NCBI GenBank assembly: GCA_963693365.1
Contig: CAVNZM010000015.1
Coordinates: 4,781,502 to 4,845,501 of the forward strand
Length of the DNA stretch: 64,000 bases
Direction of reading: 5' to 3'
From: Amoebidium appalachense
Taxonomy: Eukaryota > Protista > Ichthyosporea
Shown: positions 23,945-39,631 of the stretch, one piece after another
Layout: every line of letters begins with the position of its first letter
How positions within the stretch are numbered: the stretch's first letter is position 1
Notes under the pieces: generated by a model
Told to the model about the DNA's origin: nothing
Databases searched by the model: none
Seen by the model: the letters and a program-made list of their open reading frames with translations, nothing else
Translations under genes and position numbers: made by a program

Positions 23945-24067
23945 GGAGAGGTGAAGGGAAACCCGGGGGACGGGAAATGGGGGTGGGATGAGCCGTGATA
24001 GCGGGTTGGTGACTGGTAGTTTTATAAGCGGGGAAGAAAGATATGTGTGTGCTGTAAACGAGGTGTC

Positions 24068-24098
<31 letters not shown>

Positions 24099-25833
24099 GG
24101 GGGGGGGTGGTTCGCGTGTGCGTGTGTGTATGGGGAGAGAGGGGGGGTTAGGGGGGAAGGCGAGGGTGGTGATGCAAGAGTGATGCACTAATCTTTCAAA
24201 CGTGGCACAGAGCTGTGACAAGAATAACTTTCCTCTGAGGCTGGAGGTGACCACTGTGGAGACACAGGAAGCAGAGTTCAAACCCATCTTTTTGAAGCAC
24301 GTGCTCTCTAAGTTGGACTGGCCTGCACTGCTGGTGGCTGCAAAGCAGGTGTGTGTATGTGTCTGGGGAAGGGGAGGGGGGTGAGGGGGGGATGGGTGTG
24401 TGGGGGGGGGGGGGGGGAGGGGGTGAAGGGTGAGGCGAGGGGGGGGGGGGGGGGGGGGGGGGGGAGGGAGAGATGGATGGGTGTGTGTGTGTGTATGTGT
24501 GTGTGTGTGTGCGTGTTTGCGCGCGTGTGTGCGTGTGTGCGTGTGTGCATGCGTGAGTGTGAGTGTATGTGCGCGCGTGTTGTGGTGGTGGTGGAGGAGG
24601 GGGCCAGGAAGGGGAGAGGGGCGGGCGGGCAAGGGGGAGGGGGAGAGGGGCTGGGTGGTGGGATGGGAGGGGGGGGGGGGGGGGGATGGGTGGTTTAGGT
24701 GTTGTGTGGGTAGGCGGGAGGGAGGGGGGGAAGGGGGTGGGCTGAAGGGGGGGGGGGGGGGGGAGGGGGGGAATGAAGGAGGGACGGACAGAGTGAAGAG
24801 GGGGAAGCGGGGAGGGAGATAGGGGTTGGGGAGTGAAGAGAGCTATGTATGTATACATGTATGTGCATGAATGTGTTGCGGTTGTTGTTGGGGGGGAGGG
24901 GGGAAGAGGGGGAGGGGAGGGCTCTGTGGTGAAGGGAAGATGGGCGGGGGGGGAGGGGGGGCATTTGCCGAAAGGGATGGTTTAAGTATAATGTTTTTTT
25001 TTTGTTTTGTTTTTTTTTTTTGGGGGGGGGGGGGGGGTGAAAGACAAGTGCCTGTCGGTGTTCGGTTCGATTCCTCATTGTTTGAGAGGTTTTGGGTCTG
25101 GGTGTGCTGGAAAGGGTCAATAAGTGTCTGGGTGTTGGAGGGATGGGGTAGCTGGGGCAGGATAACACATCCCAAAGAAGTTTACGGGTTTGCGGTGGTG
25201 TATCTGTGGTTGTGGAGAGATATGTACTTGCAGTGGGAAGGCGGGAAGGGGGGGGGGGGGGGGGGGGGGGGGGTGGAGGATGGAGGAATAGGCCCGGGGG
25301 GGGGGGGGGAGGGCGGGCGGAGGGGGGGGGGGGGGGAAGAGGGGGAGAGACGAGGGCAGACTGCAGCAGGGAGGGGGGGGGGGGGTGGTTGAGATGAACG
25401 CAAACTGAGAGCAGAAGTCAGTGTGAAGATATGTAGAAGGGGGGGGGAGGGGGGGGGGGGGGGGGGGGGAGGATGGAGGATATTGGTGTGGAGGTGCATG
25501 GGGGGATTTCCCTGTCCGTGTGTTGACTGTGTGCATACATAGGTGGGCATTGAGAATCTGCCCAGTGAGCCACCTGCGCCCGAGGACCTTTCAGACGATT
25601 TCTTGCAGCTCTTGCACACAGCAATCCTCGAGGTCTGTCCATGCCCCCACCCCCCCTGTCTCTCTTGTGTCTCTTTCTCTGTCTCTCTTTCTCCCTCCCT
25701 CTCTCTCCTCCTCTCCCTCTGTCTCTCTCTCTCTGTCTCTCTCTCTTTCTCACCCACACACACTCTCTCCTCTCTCTCTCTTTCTCTCTTTCTCTTTCTC
25801 TCTCTCTCCTACCTCTCTCCCCCCCTCCCCCCC

Positions 25834-25866
<33 letters not shown>

Positions 25867-26555
25867 TCTGCCTATCTGTCTCTGGCCCCCCCCCCCACCC
25901 ACCCCCCACCCCACACTCCCTCGCATGCTTAAGTTGTTTTATTTCCGGTTAATCATTGTTTGACGCTTTGTAGTTGTCTCTTGGTTCTCCTCCATATTTC
26001 CAACCCTCTAAAGCATACATCCCCCCCTCTCCCCCCCCCCCCCCACTTCCCCCGCATACTGTGCGCATGGCTGATGCTGCATAGTTGAATGTTTGCCTTT
26101 GCATGTGTCCTGCACCATGCTTCTCATCGTGTATGCGTACTTCGTACTGTGTTCCGCATTCAAACCCCCCCACTTCCCCCCCCCCCCCCCAAACCGCTGG
26201 CCGCCCCTCTGTTGTGGAGATAGTGGGATCTGGGTGGGGTGTGAAGTTTCCAGTGTGCGGGAAAGAAGAAGGGGGGGGGCGGGGAGGGGGGTAATATTGG
26301 CATGCTTGGGTGCTGTTGTGCTTGCAGCATGAGTGAAGATTGTGTGCCAGGCGCAGCTGGAAGGGTGGACGGGGCCCCCGGAGGGGAGGGAGGTGGGGAG
26401 GTAATGGGGCGGGGGGGGGGGGGGGGGGGGGGAGGGGGGGGGGGGAGGGGGTGGGGGGCGGGAGGCAGGAGGCAGGAGGCAGGGAAAATGTAAATGTGCT
26501 AGAGCACATGTTCTAAAGGGACGAGATAGGAGGAAGGGACGAGGAGAGGATGGGG

Positions 26556-26606
<51 letters not shown>

Positions 26607-27587
26607 TTGTGACTTTTGTGAGGAACAGAGGGAGGTAAATGAATTGTTTGTGATTAGGCGGGAATATTAAGTGTATTGTGGTGGTCGAGGGAAGCTCTGT
26701 GTGGGGGGGGGGGGGGGGGGGAGGGGGGGGAGGGGGGGGGGGGGGGGCTGAGTTATGATTGGCTCAAGCCAACCACACATACAATCCCACAGACACCTGA
26801 TTGAGGCTGCACACACACTTTTACAAACACGTACACACACACGCATACACCACAAGCACATCACACACACACACACACACATACACCCTGCCGCAGACGC
26901 GTACACATGCGCACACACACACACACACACACACACACCCAAGTACATGCACACGCGTGTGTGCGCGCGCACAGACACACACGCACGCACACACACACAT
27001 GCATGCACATGCACACACACACACGTCCCTCCACACCACACATCCATGCACATCCTTGTTTTTGACTACACATGTGCATGCTTCATCTGCGCCCTCACTC
27101 TTCCCACAGTTCTGCACACATGTTGGTTCAGCCATGCACTTGCCGGCAGGGTCAACACGTGCGCACATGCACAGGCACAGGCATACTGGCGTGTGTGCAC
27201 GCGCGCGCACGCACACCTACACACACTTACACTTCCACACACTCACACACACACAAAACAACCCCTCCCCCCCCCCCCCCCCCCCCCCCCCAACACACAC
27301 ACACACACACACACACCCACCCACCCACACAACCAGGACACGTTTATGACAAAAAGGAAGCTGGTTCGACACAACCCACTTCCATTCCATTCCTTTCCCC
27401 TTTGTGTACCCATTCTCCCACCATTATAAATAATAATTATAATTATAAAATTAACCCCACTACGTGCACGTGTGTGTGCTCACAGACACAGGTAGTGGAA
27501 GGACAGATGGTCTGCAACAACTGTGGCCACGTGTACCGCATAGCTCAGGGCATTCCAAACATGCTGCTGGCAGAGGACGAGGTGTGA
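23109..27587 (+). CDS. TRM112: Multifunctional methyltransferase activator subunit TRM112, 4 exons, 123 aa
   Basis: Exons 23109-23150 ([14 protein letters not shown]), 24211-24348 (SCDKNNFPL...[13 protein letters not shown]), 25543-25632 (VGIENLP...LHTAILE) and 27486-27587 ([33 protein letters not shown]). All introns are GT-AG, phase 0. Confidence 0.95.
25928..26166 (+). repeat. Interspersed repeats in TRM112 intron 3 (module R1 plus 3' part of family A)
   Basis: 25928-26020 matches 37587-37683 and 37779-37880 (TCCATATTT.CA.CC.T.T....CATACATC). 26053-26166 matches 40408-40497 (GCATACT...GTACTTCGTACT...ATTCAAAC). Confidence 0.65.
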
Positions 27588-28964
27588 TATTAAAATATAT
27601 TTGAAGATTTTAGTGTGTTGTCTCCCGCGGTTTGGTAGGGGGGGGGGGGGGGGGGGGATGATTTTTGGTGGTCGTAGGTTTAGAAAAGCGGTTTTCTTGA
27701 TGAGTGGAGATCTCCATTTTATTTTATTTTTCCCCCGGTTTGTTCGTTTGTGTGTCTGCTCGTTTGTTTGCTAAGGTGGATTTCATAGTGTGGCTTTTGT
27801 GGTTTGTTTTTGGTTTTGGTTTTATTTTAAAATACACCTCGTAGTGTCATCATGTGCATGGAATAATGCTCGCACTTGAACACATGCAAACACAAGCAAG
27901 CGCATACCGGGACACACACACATAGATATAGAGAGAGATATATATGAAGGGAGAGTGGGGGGGGGGAGGGGGGGGGAGAAAGGAGAGGGGGGGGGGGGGG
28001 GGGGGGTGAGAGAGAGTGAGAGGACCACCAATCATTGATCACAGGCTCGCTGGATTGTTTTAGCGTTTAGAATGACTCGGCACATGCTTTTGACCTTATT
28101 GTATATAAGGAACGAGTATCATTACTCCCCTGCCACTGTGAGAGTTGAAAAATACCAGGACCCCACTAGCACTGCAAAAAAAAAAAAAAAATGGTCACTT
28201 TTTCGGCATCATTGGGATATGCCTGTGGTCTGTTTTCCTGTTTTCTCTCAAACAATCTTGCTTTCGGCATTTAAAGAAATAAAAATAAAATGTACATTTA
28301 CAATGTCTTTGAACTGTATTACACTCTTCGAAGTGAAACGGCCTGAGAAGCGCTACCAATCCATACACGGTACTGCACTATATTCCGCCGTTAACCCCCC
28401 CCCCCTCCCCCCCCCCCCCCCCCCCCCCCCCCGCCCACCCACCTGCACTCCCTCTTGCACCCGTCAACTTTTTTAAGGTTCCGTTACCGGGAGGGGCAGT
28501 AGGATCAGCATTACTCTGGAGAGGGGGAAGGGGGGGGGGGGGGGGGGATCTCTCAGTAGAAACGACAACAAACAAGCCAATAGTAAGCGGATATTAAAAT
28601 GCCTGAAGGCCTATGAAGATCATATAGATATTACTCAGATGCAACTGGGTGGGAAACTGCAGAGTTATCGGCACAATCATTTCATGCCTCCCCCCCTCCC
28701 CCCTCCCCCCCCCCCCTCTCTCCCCTTCCCCCTCCTCCTCCCCCTCCTTCTCTCCCCCCCCCCCCCCCCCCTTCCCCTCCCCTTCCCCCCCCCCAAAAAA
28801 ATAATAAGTAAATAAAATATATACAAAAGAATAAAAAATCGGCGCACCCGCAGCTCGTGTACAGCAACATTGTTGTACGGGTGCGTGTATGTGATGTGCA
28901 GAATATCACTTCCTTGTATCTCCTCTCTCTACCTCTCCCTCTCCCTCTCCCTCTCCCTCTCCCT

Positions 28965-29073
<109 letters not shown>

Positions 29074-29195
29074 CTCTCTCGCTTGCCCTGTTCTCCGGGT
29101 AGCTGTAGATCTCTAAGACTCCTCCCCCTCCCCCACGCTCTCTCCCTTTCAAAGATCTCTCTTTCTCTCCCTCGGCCGTGACGGTTTTGGATGCG

Positions 29196-29232
<37 letters not shown>

Positions 29233-29956
29233 GGGGGGGGATCTCTAATTCGAGTTCGTATATTGGGTGCCCCTCTTTCTCTCTCTCTCCCCCCTTCCCT
29301 CCCCCCCTCCCCCCCCTCCTCCTCCTCCCTCCCCTCCCCTCTCCCCCCAGCCCAGTGTAGAACAATAACTGTGGTGAAAAGGAAGGAGATCGGGTACCGA
29401 TATATATTTTCATGTATGTATACGTAGCCAACACATCTAATAATACTACACACACATCAAGTTTTTAAAACACTTCACTGAAAATGGTCATTGCATGATA
29501 ACTCATTCTTCAAGGAAAGGGTGGGAAGGGTACAAAAAGGGCCGGGTGGGAACAAAAAGAGGGTGTGTGCGGGAGGAGCGGGGGCGGGTGGGCAGAGTCC
29601 GCCCCCCGGGGGGGAAGGGGGGAGGGGGGAGGGGGGGGGGGGGGGGCAGTTGTCATGTCTGGTCGAAAGGCAGGCTCGAGCCAGTGCTTGTACAAGAATG
29701 TATTTCGTTAGATTGGCTAACGGTGACATCCGGTCCACATATCCATGCACAAATAATCACATACCATACACCAAAGATAAATTATATTGGCCCAATCAAA
29801 TTGAACGGTTAAACCATTGGGGAAACAAAAATTAAAATGCCCGACATCAAGTGAATACTCCCTTTAACCACACAACAAAACTGATCATTAGATTAGACGA
29901 TCAATAGTCGTATACGAGAATGAATTGCTACCAATATACCAGCTGCTCATCACAAT

Positions 29957-30056
<100 letters not shown>

Positions 30057-30229
30057 ACGCGCACGCGCGTACGTGCGCGTGCAAATGTGTGTCTCTGTGT
30101 GCTCGCGTGTGTGTATGTGCGCATGGATGTTTGTCTGTGTACTAGTCTCTCTCTACCAACAACAGAACTTACAGCCACCGCTTCTAGAGTAGCACGAACA
30201 ACACTAATGTTACTTATTGACGTCCCTAA

Positions 30230-30584
<355 letters not shown>

Positions 30585-31348
30585 AAAACTTACAACCACC
30601 GTTCATTCACCCAAAACCTCATCCCCCCCCCCCCCCCCATCCCCCCCCCCCCCCCCCCCCCGGCGCACCCCCTGTACTCTGCCCATTCAGACATTAACCA
30701 CTTACGATACGTATTATATTCCCACTCACCAACACCTTACAGTCGATGTCAACCCCCCCCCCCCCCCCCCCCCCCCTTCCCCAAACCCCCCCCCCCCCTC
30801 CCCCCGCGCCGTATGGTAAACCATAGCGGAATCCCCCTTGAAAATGTCAATGTAGCACCCTTGATACCCTTCCGCTATTGTCGTTGCTCCTTGTCTTTGT
30901 CCCTCTGCAGACACCCAAAAAAGGTAAGAATTTTTTTCAAACAAAAAAAAAAAAAGGAACAACCCAATATGAAACAATAAGAAACAATAAATTAAGGGTG
31001 AGATGGACTGCATGTAAACCTTGGGTGAACCTAATGGTCTAGGAAAAACATGAAAGGAAAAAAGGAAGGTGGGGAAAGGAAAGAGAACATATGGAGGGAG
31101 AGAGAGAGAGGGGGGGGGAGGGGGGGGGGGGGGGAAGGATGTATTAAAGGGGAAGGGGTTTATTGTGCAAGTGGGAGACATCACCAATACAAAACAAAGA
31201 GTTTACAAACCGTCAAAAAAAAAAAAATAATACAAAAACCAGACACGGAAAAAAAAAAAAAAAAAAAAAAGCCGACGCAAGACACACTTGAACGGAAACC
31301 ATTGTCCTGGCAATGGGAAAGGGGGGTTGGGGGGGGAGGGGGTAGCGT

Positions 31349-31398
<50 letters not shown>

Positions 31399-31686
31399 AC
31401 ACACACAAGAAGGTTAACAAGTACTCGAATGCAGAATGGGAAAAAAGAAGCGTCACTGGAAGGAGAGGGGTCAGAAGAGAGAAGCAGGTTAGGGTGGGTG
31501 GGTGGGGAGGTGTTTGGGGGAGGGGAGGGGGGGAGGGGAATGGCAAGGAGGGCGCGTTTCGAAATGAGAATTGGATGGGTAAAAAAAGGGTGTGGAAAAT
31601 GAAACAAGGGGAAAATTGAATAGGAGAAGTGAGAGGGCTTGTACGTAAACAGAACCCAAGGAGAAAACGTAACAAAAGGACGGGAA

Positions 31687-32266
<580 letters not shown>

Positions 32267-32349
32267 CACACACACACACACACACATCACCAGTTCAGGT
32301 AGGCTTGTAGCAAACGGGTCGGCATTGAGTTGTATGATTGGGCTGGTAG

Positions 32350-32901
32350 AACGAGAGGCCAACTCAGGAGACAGACGTCATTGTCCACACCATTGGTGTG
32401 GTCGTACTGCGGGTGGCACTGCGTGTGTTCAAAAACATGGATTTTTTCGAAGAGCTTCTTGAGAATGCCGTCACTACTCAACTTGAGCAAATCGTCATTG
32501 CTGTGAAAGGGTCGTCACCGAGCCAACAAGATGATTCCTGAAAAAGCACCTGCTCCTACGTCTGCAACAATCAATCAGGTTTTGGAGACTTTTGTTAGTG
32601 GCAATGGTGCCAACAGTACGGAAATAAGATTGACGTACTTCAAGGGTCCGAAGTCTACAGTGAAGTTCGAGGATGAGAATGGTGAGAAAATTACGGATGA
32701 TGAATTTGAGAAACGATGCAATACGGAGCATTACAATTGCCAGACACTGTTTCAAGTCGATTGCATTCGATTTCAATACACTGAGCATAATAATGAAACG
32801 TGGTCTGCAAAACTATTCACCAAACGTCTGAAGGCCAAAACTATCAAAAAAGTACAGTGACGAACCAGCTTCCAAGAGAGCACGAATTGACGAATATACG
32901 G
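32350..32901 (+). pseudogene. Frameshifted coding fragment of unknown origin (possibly viral or transposon-derived)
   Basis: Complex sequence between microsatellites. ORF 32531-32860 joins upstream MDFFEELLENAVTTQLEQIVIAVKG and downstream YSDEPASKRARIDEY if single-base slips in short G and A runs are allowed. Confidence 0.45.
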
Positions 32902-33620
32902 GTACGTTTCATTTTTATTTGGTTTGCAATGAATTTTTATGTCTGTTCATTGTCATGATTGTAATTTTGTTTTGATATCTCGTTATTGTAAGTTTCTTTG
33001 ATTTCTGGTTTGTTGTTTTAGCTTATGTTTTTTTGAGTTTTGTTATGTATTTTTGTCTATGATAGACATAACACTAGGTTTTGAAGTCTTAGACTATGCT
33101 TTATTTAAATTTTCCTTTGTTAGTACTAATTCGTTCATTTCCAAACAGGACGAAACAGCGTGAGTCTTTTCAAGAAAGAAGAACAGCTCGGCAAATATGG
33201 GTTTGAGATCAAGGTTTTTAATGGGGGGAGAGAGGAGGGGAAGGAGAGAGAGAGAGAGAAGAGAAAGAGGGAATGAAAGAGAGAGGGACGGTGAAAAGAA
33301 TTAGAAAGGAGAGTGAGGGAAGGTGAGGGAGAGGAAAGAAAAGTTACTAGTAGAGGGAGGGACAGGGAGAAAAGGAGAGAGAGGGGGAAGAGATGGAAGG
33401 GAAAAGGTAAGGGAAGGAGAGAGAGAAATATCATATGACTGTTAAAAATAATGATGTCATGATGACAGTGTTTATTAGTTTTGCAAAGAGCTATGATATA
33501 GGATATGTGTGTAAAATGATTACTTATGTAATTTATGATGTGAAAATATCGATTGAAATTGTAAGTATTGTTAAAGGGTGTTTAGTTTTTTTTGATGACT
33601 GGCAGTCTGAGAGCGAGAGA

Positions 33621-33733
<113 letters not shown>

Positions 33734-34032
33734 TGTGTGTGTGTGTATTGTGTCCTTGTGTATTTACGAAAAAGCACAACGAGAACACTGTGCAGGATGC
33801 TTTGCAGGATGTGTGGGTGGGTGAAATATGGGTGAGCTCATGTGCATACGGTCAATGTGGGGGGGGGGGGAGGGGGGGGGGGGGGGGGGGGGGGGAGAGT
33901 AGAAGGGAGGCACGATACAGAAAACAGCTTTTGAGTAGGTGGTAAAGGGGGGAAGTATAATTTGAGTTTATCTAGGTGGACGGGGAGGGGGGAGGGAGGG
34001 GAGGGGGGGGAGGGGGGGGGGGAGGGCGAGGC

Positions 34033-34215
<183 letters not shown>

Positions 34216-35119
34216 GAAAGAGATGGGTACGTCAACGTCAGCCATGTGAACGAGCCTACCTGACTGCTAGAAGGAGCTGCCGGAAGGCAACTCCGCACTG
34301 GCAACTACTAGCTCGTCTGAAAACTTTGAAACGGGCGCCGTCGGGCGGGGCAGCCGCCGTGCAGCCCGCCAGCCGGGCGTGTTCAGAGCATTCCAATGCG
34401 AAAATAGCGACAAATGATTGGTGCACGATGAACAAGTTTTAGTATACTGCCATATTTGGCAGGTATTTTGAACACGTTTACAGGGTTTTTATTATGGGCA
34501 TATATCCGATACTGTGTATTGTATCAATGAACAAAACACATGAAAAATGCGCTGGTACACAGAGATTTTCGCAGTTATTTTTAATTAATTAAGTATTGTA
34601 TTTCTACCCTGGTAACGCAACATGCATTTTGGAGCCGCGCCCACGCAACGCAAACGTCAAAACGACAACAAAGTCCAAAGGCTTGCAGGGAACCTTTTGA
34701 ACGAGTCAAACGTACTGTGTAAAGTGACATTTATATGTTAGAAGCGCTTGGAAACATAGAAAAAACGAAGAAATGTTCAGATATAGTGAACTAGTTGACA
34801 GTGTCAAGGCCAGAAGCCAAAGGAGGGTATAAGAGAAGGGATTAGTCGACTCACTGGGGAAGAGTTTCGTGAACGGAACTGGACATGTAGAGCTTCTTAC
34901 AGATGTAAATGCCCAGATATTTATAAATTTGACTTCTTACAAGTGTTGTCGGCAGTTACAGTTAAGCTTTACAAGGTTTAAGTAACACAGTAGTTCCGTG
35001 CTTGGTGTGATGCGAAGGGGTCAGTTGCCCCAAACAGTTTTCAAAGCTAGGATAAGCATTCTTGACAGTTTTCCCATCCTTTTACATCCACATACGCATG
35101 TTCCGCATGGCAAGCTATC

Positions 35120-38100
35120 ATGAGCGCAGTTCAACCAACAGATAACGGGCTGGCCTCTCCCAGGTCTCCCCGCCTTGTTTTTGACCACGACACATCAGAT
35201 GCATCTCTCAACGAAACAGAGCAAACCCCACCAGATTCACCCACAACCAGCACGGGCTCTTTCACAGAGGCTGAGGAACCTAGAGATGCGGTGCACCAGG
35301 CAGCACACATAGCGAGGGAAACCTGGCTCGTCACAAAACTCGCTGTGCTGTTGCTGTCGTATATGGGTGTTGGGTGGCGTTGGATTGAGCGCTTTGCACG
35401 GTTGGGCATGTTTGTGTTCTGGCTGCTGCCTGCTTTCCTGTCGGTGCTCTACCGATGGCTCACCAGCGACCACCTGGTTCGAAATGTGCGCTATGGAAAG
35501 TATGACCCCTCAACCCCCCCCCCCCCTCCCCTCCCCCCGCCCTTTTCCCCATCTCCCCTCCCCCCTCCCCTCCTCCCCCCTCCCCCCCCCCCCCCCCCCC
35601 CCCCTCCTCTCTCCCTTTTTAGTACCCCGTCTGTCAGTCTCCCCCCCCTCCCCCTCCCCTTCCTCCGGCAACACACACATACGCAGACAAGTTATCAACA
35701 CCTCCCCCCCACCCCCACCCCCACCCCCCCACCCCCTGCCTTTTACTCCTGCTATGAACCGAACCCCTGTCTCGACAGCTTGTCATATGTTTGGTATTGG
35801 TAACAGGTCGTTTGCATAATAGTGCTTGGTGAAGGCTATGCATTCTGGAATGCTAATTTTTTTTTTAAAACAATAAATATCAGACAGTGCTGCTTCTTAT
35901 TCGGGTGAAGTTAGCTGTAACTTAACTTTGTTTCTAATCACCTTCTCTACCGAGCAGGCTATTACGTTGCAGAATCTTTAATGTTGTTCCCTCCATAATC
36001 ACCCGTTCTTGTTGGCTCGCAGGAACGGTCGCAACCAGCTTGACATCTATCTTCCCAAGGACCCGCCCATATCAGAAAAGGGCTACCCCGTGGTTGTATT
36101 TTTCTCGGGTGGTGCCTGGATTATTGGATACAAGGCATGGGGTGCGCTCATGGGATTCGTGCTGTCTGAGCTGGGGGTCATGTTCGTCACTCCAGACTAC
36201 AGAAACTTCCCCCAGGTATACTGTAACATCCGTGCACGGACATAAGAGACTCGCCCGGGGGCGCTGGGGGGGGGGGGGGGGGGGGGGGGGGGGGAGGGGG
36301 GCTTGAACGTCTCTTCCACATCATGTACCTTGTTTCCAGGACTTAACAAACTACCATAGATAGAATATGACTGGTAACGGGGAAAATTAACTTGTGCTCG
36401 CTCTCATATTGATGCCAGAAGACCCTCTCAAGGGTGGGTGGGAACAGGGTTCATACAGAAGACTTGTCGCGGCCAGCAGAGATGGGGAAAGGGAGGGGGG
36501 GGGGGGGGGGGGGGGAAGGGGGGGAGAGAGAGGTTTGGCCTTTGAGTTTTTTGTTTTGTTCCTCCCGACGTGCTTTCGAGGGCATTGCTATAAGTTACTG
36601 AGCATGAGAGGAAACCTCGTGTGTGATTTATATTGATTACTGGAGTTTTAACGGTGGTGATGTTTTAGGGGAGGATCACGGACATGCTGGAAGACGTCAA
36701 CGCTTCCATGAAGGTATGTTGCTCTACTTCATTTTTGTGGTGTTGAAGTTTTTTTTCTTCTTTTTTTTCTTTTTTTGGAAAGAGAGGATATGTTGGCACC
36801 TCGAGCAGTTTGTGTTTGCCCCCCCACCCATGGCAAACTGCTCGAGGAGGGAGGACGGGGGGAGGTGGGAGAGGAGGAGGAAGGAGGGGGTCCTTCAGAA
36901 AGAAGTTTACTTGGAAGTGTGCTTTTTTTTGTTGTTGTTGTGGTCTCGTTTTGCTACGATGGTGGTGTATGTGTGTGTGTGTGTGTGTTTTGGGGGGGGG
37001 GGGGGGGGGGGGGGAGGGGGGACCGTGGGGGGAGGGAGGAGGGGGGGGGGGGGGGGGGGGTTGGTTGTGTTGTTATCCAGGTGTGTGCACGGTGTTGGTG
37101 TGGTGGTGGTAGCGGGGTCATCAGTGTTTGTTTGAATTGCCGGGGTGTGGCGGCGGGGGAAGGGGGAAAGAGGGGGGAGGTGGCAGGGGGGGGAGCAGAA
37201 CATGTTTATCCTCAGTTTGTGTCTATGTGTGTGCGCGTGTACAGAGAGGGAGAGAGAGTGAAAGAGGGATAGGCAAAGTGATAGGAAGGCAGAGAAAGAG
37301 GGACACGCAAGATGATAGAGTGGGGGGAGAAGGGCCGGGGGGGGGGGGGGGGGGAGGGGGGTATATGTGTGTGTGCACGTGTGTATGTCTGTGTGTGTGC
37401 TTGGTGTTGGTGGGGGGGATGGGGAGGGATACCAATGTTCCATATCCTTCCACAGTGGGTGATTGGCCACTGCAGCAACTACGGGGGTGACCCAGACAAC
37501 ATCTTCATGGTCGGTCAGTCCGCAGGCGCACACCTGAGTGCTTTGGCCCTGCTCACCGGTAACTCCCCCCCTCTAACCTCCCCCCCCTTAAATTGTTTGA
37601 TTTTGAATTTCCCACTTTTGTGACGTTTTGTTGTTGCTCTTTGTCGTCTCCTCCATATTTGCAACCCTCTAACACATACATCATACCCCCCCCCCCCCCC
37701 TCCCCCCCCCCCCCCCCCCCCGGCAGATGATGGGACCAGTGTCAGTGTCTTCTGCCTGCATGCCTTTTGTTTGTTCATCTTTAGATTGTTTAATCTCGGG
37801 TTTTTCATTTTTGGGACGTTTTGTGTTTTGTCGTTTGGTGTCTCGTCCATATTTCCACCCTTTTGATGCATACATCCCATCCCCCCCCCTCTCCCCGGCC
37901 CCTCCACCACCACCACCACCACGCGCGCGTACTCACGCACACAAAAAACAAGTTAAGCATTATGTGAGTTTGGTTGCGTATACGATCTGAAAAGGGTCCA
38001 AACCAGGGTACCATGGGTGACTCCCCCCCCCCCACCACCACCACCACCACCACCACAACCACCGAGGATGGGCTCTGCTTGTGACGCATGATCCTTGTGG

Positions 38101-39070
38101 ATGCTTTGCAAAGTTTGCTTTGTGTTGTCCGTCATGAATGTTTACTTTATATCTTGTAAACCATCCTATATCCTTACCAAAGAACTGAATAGATAAGTGC
38201 ATTATCACTGTGAATCACCGTGAAAAGAATTGAAAGAACGGGGAAGGGAAAGGAAGAAAACAATGTTTGAACCAGTGAAACCAACCACCAGCCAGCCAGT
38301 CTGGTGCCCTTTTATTTTTATTTTTTTCCTCGTTGTGTTCCACTGTGCATGTTCCCTTTTCTCCTTTGACTGATGCTACAAGAATTCAGCGTTCATTTCA
38401 TCTCACAAAGGGGCGAGGTTTTTAGGATATCCCCATCCCACACGGGCTTTTAGTTATGCCCAAAAAGATATTGATTAATAGCAATGACATTCCCAAACCG
38501 CAGAGGCTGAAAGGGATCGTCGTGAGAAGTTGAAGGAGGTTGGGCAGAGCGAAAAGGATTTGTGGAACGGATACGTTCATGACTTCAGAGAGAGGAAGGA
38601 TGCCGTGTCCTGGAGGATACACCATATCAGGGTGTGTGTGGGTGTGTGGGTGTGTGGGTGTTTATTATTATTATTATTATTATTATTATTGTTATTATTA
38701 TTATTATTATTTGTTTGTTTATTATTTTATTTATTTATTTAATTTTTTATTTTTGGGGGGCGGAGGTGGGAGGGGGGTGTATGGGTGTGCGTGTGGTGGG
38801 TGGGTGAGGGGGGGGGGGGGGGAGGGGAGGGAGGGGAGGAGGGGGATGTTTGCATATTTTGAGTTCAGGGGCTTTTTTCGGTATCATGTCACGGGCTACC
38901 GGTAGATAAATGCACACACGCCCACAGGCACACGACATGCACGTGTGTACGCACACATGCAAAGAACACATGCATGCATGCATACATGCTTGCACCTACC
39001 CCCCCCCCCCCCCCCCCCCCCAACACACACACACACACATACACGCGCACACACACATATACTCACACTT

Positions 39071-39106
<36 letters not shown>

Positions 39107-39578
39107 GCACGCACACACACAGACACACACACACAACCCCCCCCCCCCCCCCCCCCCCCTTCCCTCCCGTTCACACACACATGCACAGAATTTGTCATGA
39201 GAGTCTCTAGCCTGACGTGTTTTTCCGTGTGCAGGGGTTCATAGGTATCAGTGGTGTGTACGACCCAGCAGGGTTTGCCCAGCACCTGCACGAGAGGGGA
39301 CTCTACCGCTCTGTTCTCTCCTCTATTCTCAACCACGACCTATCCTTCTACTCCCCAACGAGAAGGTTTGTTGGGCCCCATTTCGACCCTTTTTTTGGGG
39401 GGTTTTCTTTCTTTCTTTTTTTGTTTTTGTTGTTGTTGTTGTCTTTTTTCTTTTTTCTTTTGATGTATGTTGCTTTGTATGTCTTCGACTTAAAATGGTC
39501 ACTACTCTCCCATGCAACTAGCCTCCCCCCCCCCCCCCCCCCCCCCTACACACACACACACACACACACACAGACACA

Positions 39579-39631
<53 letters not shown>

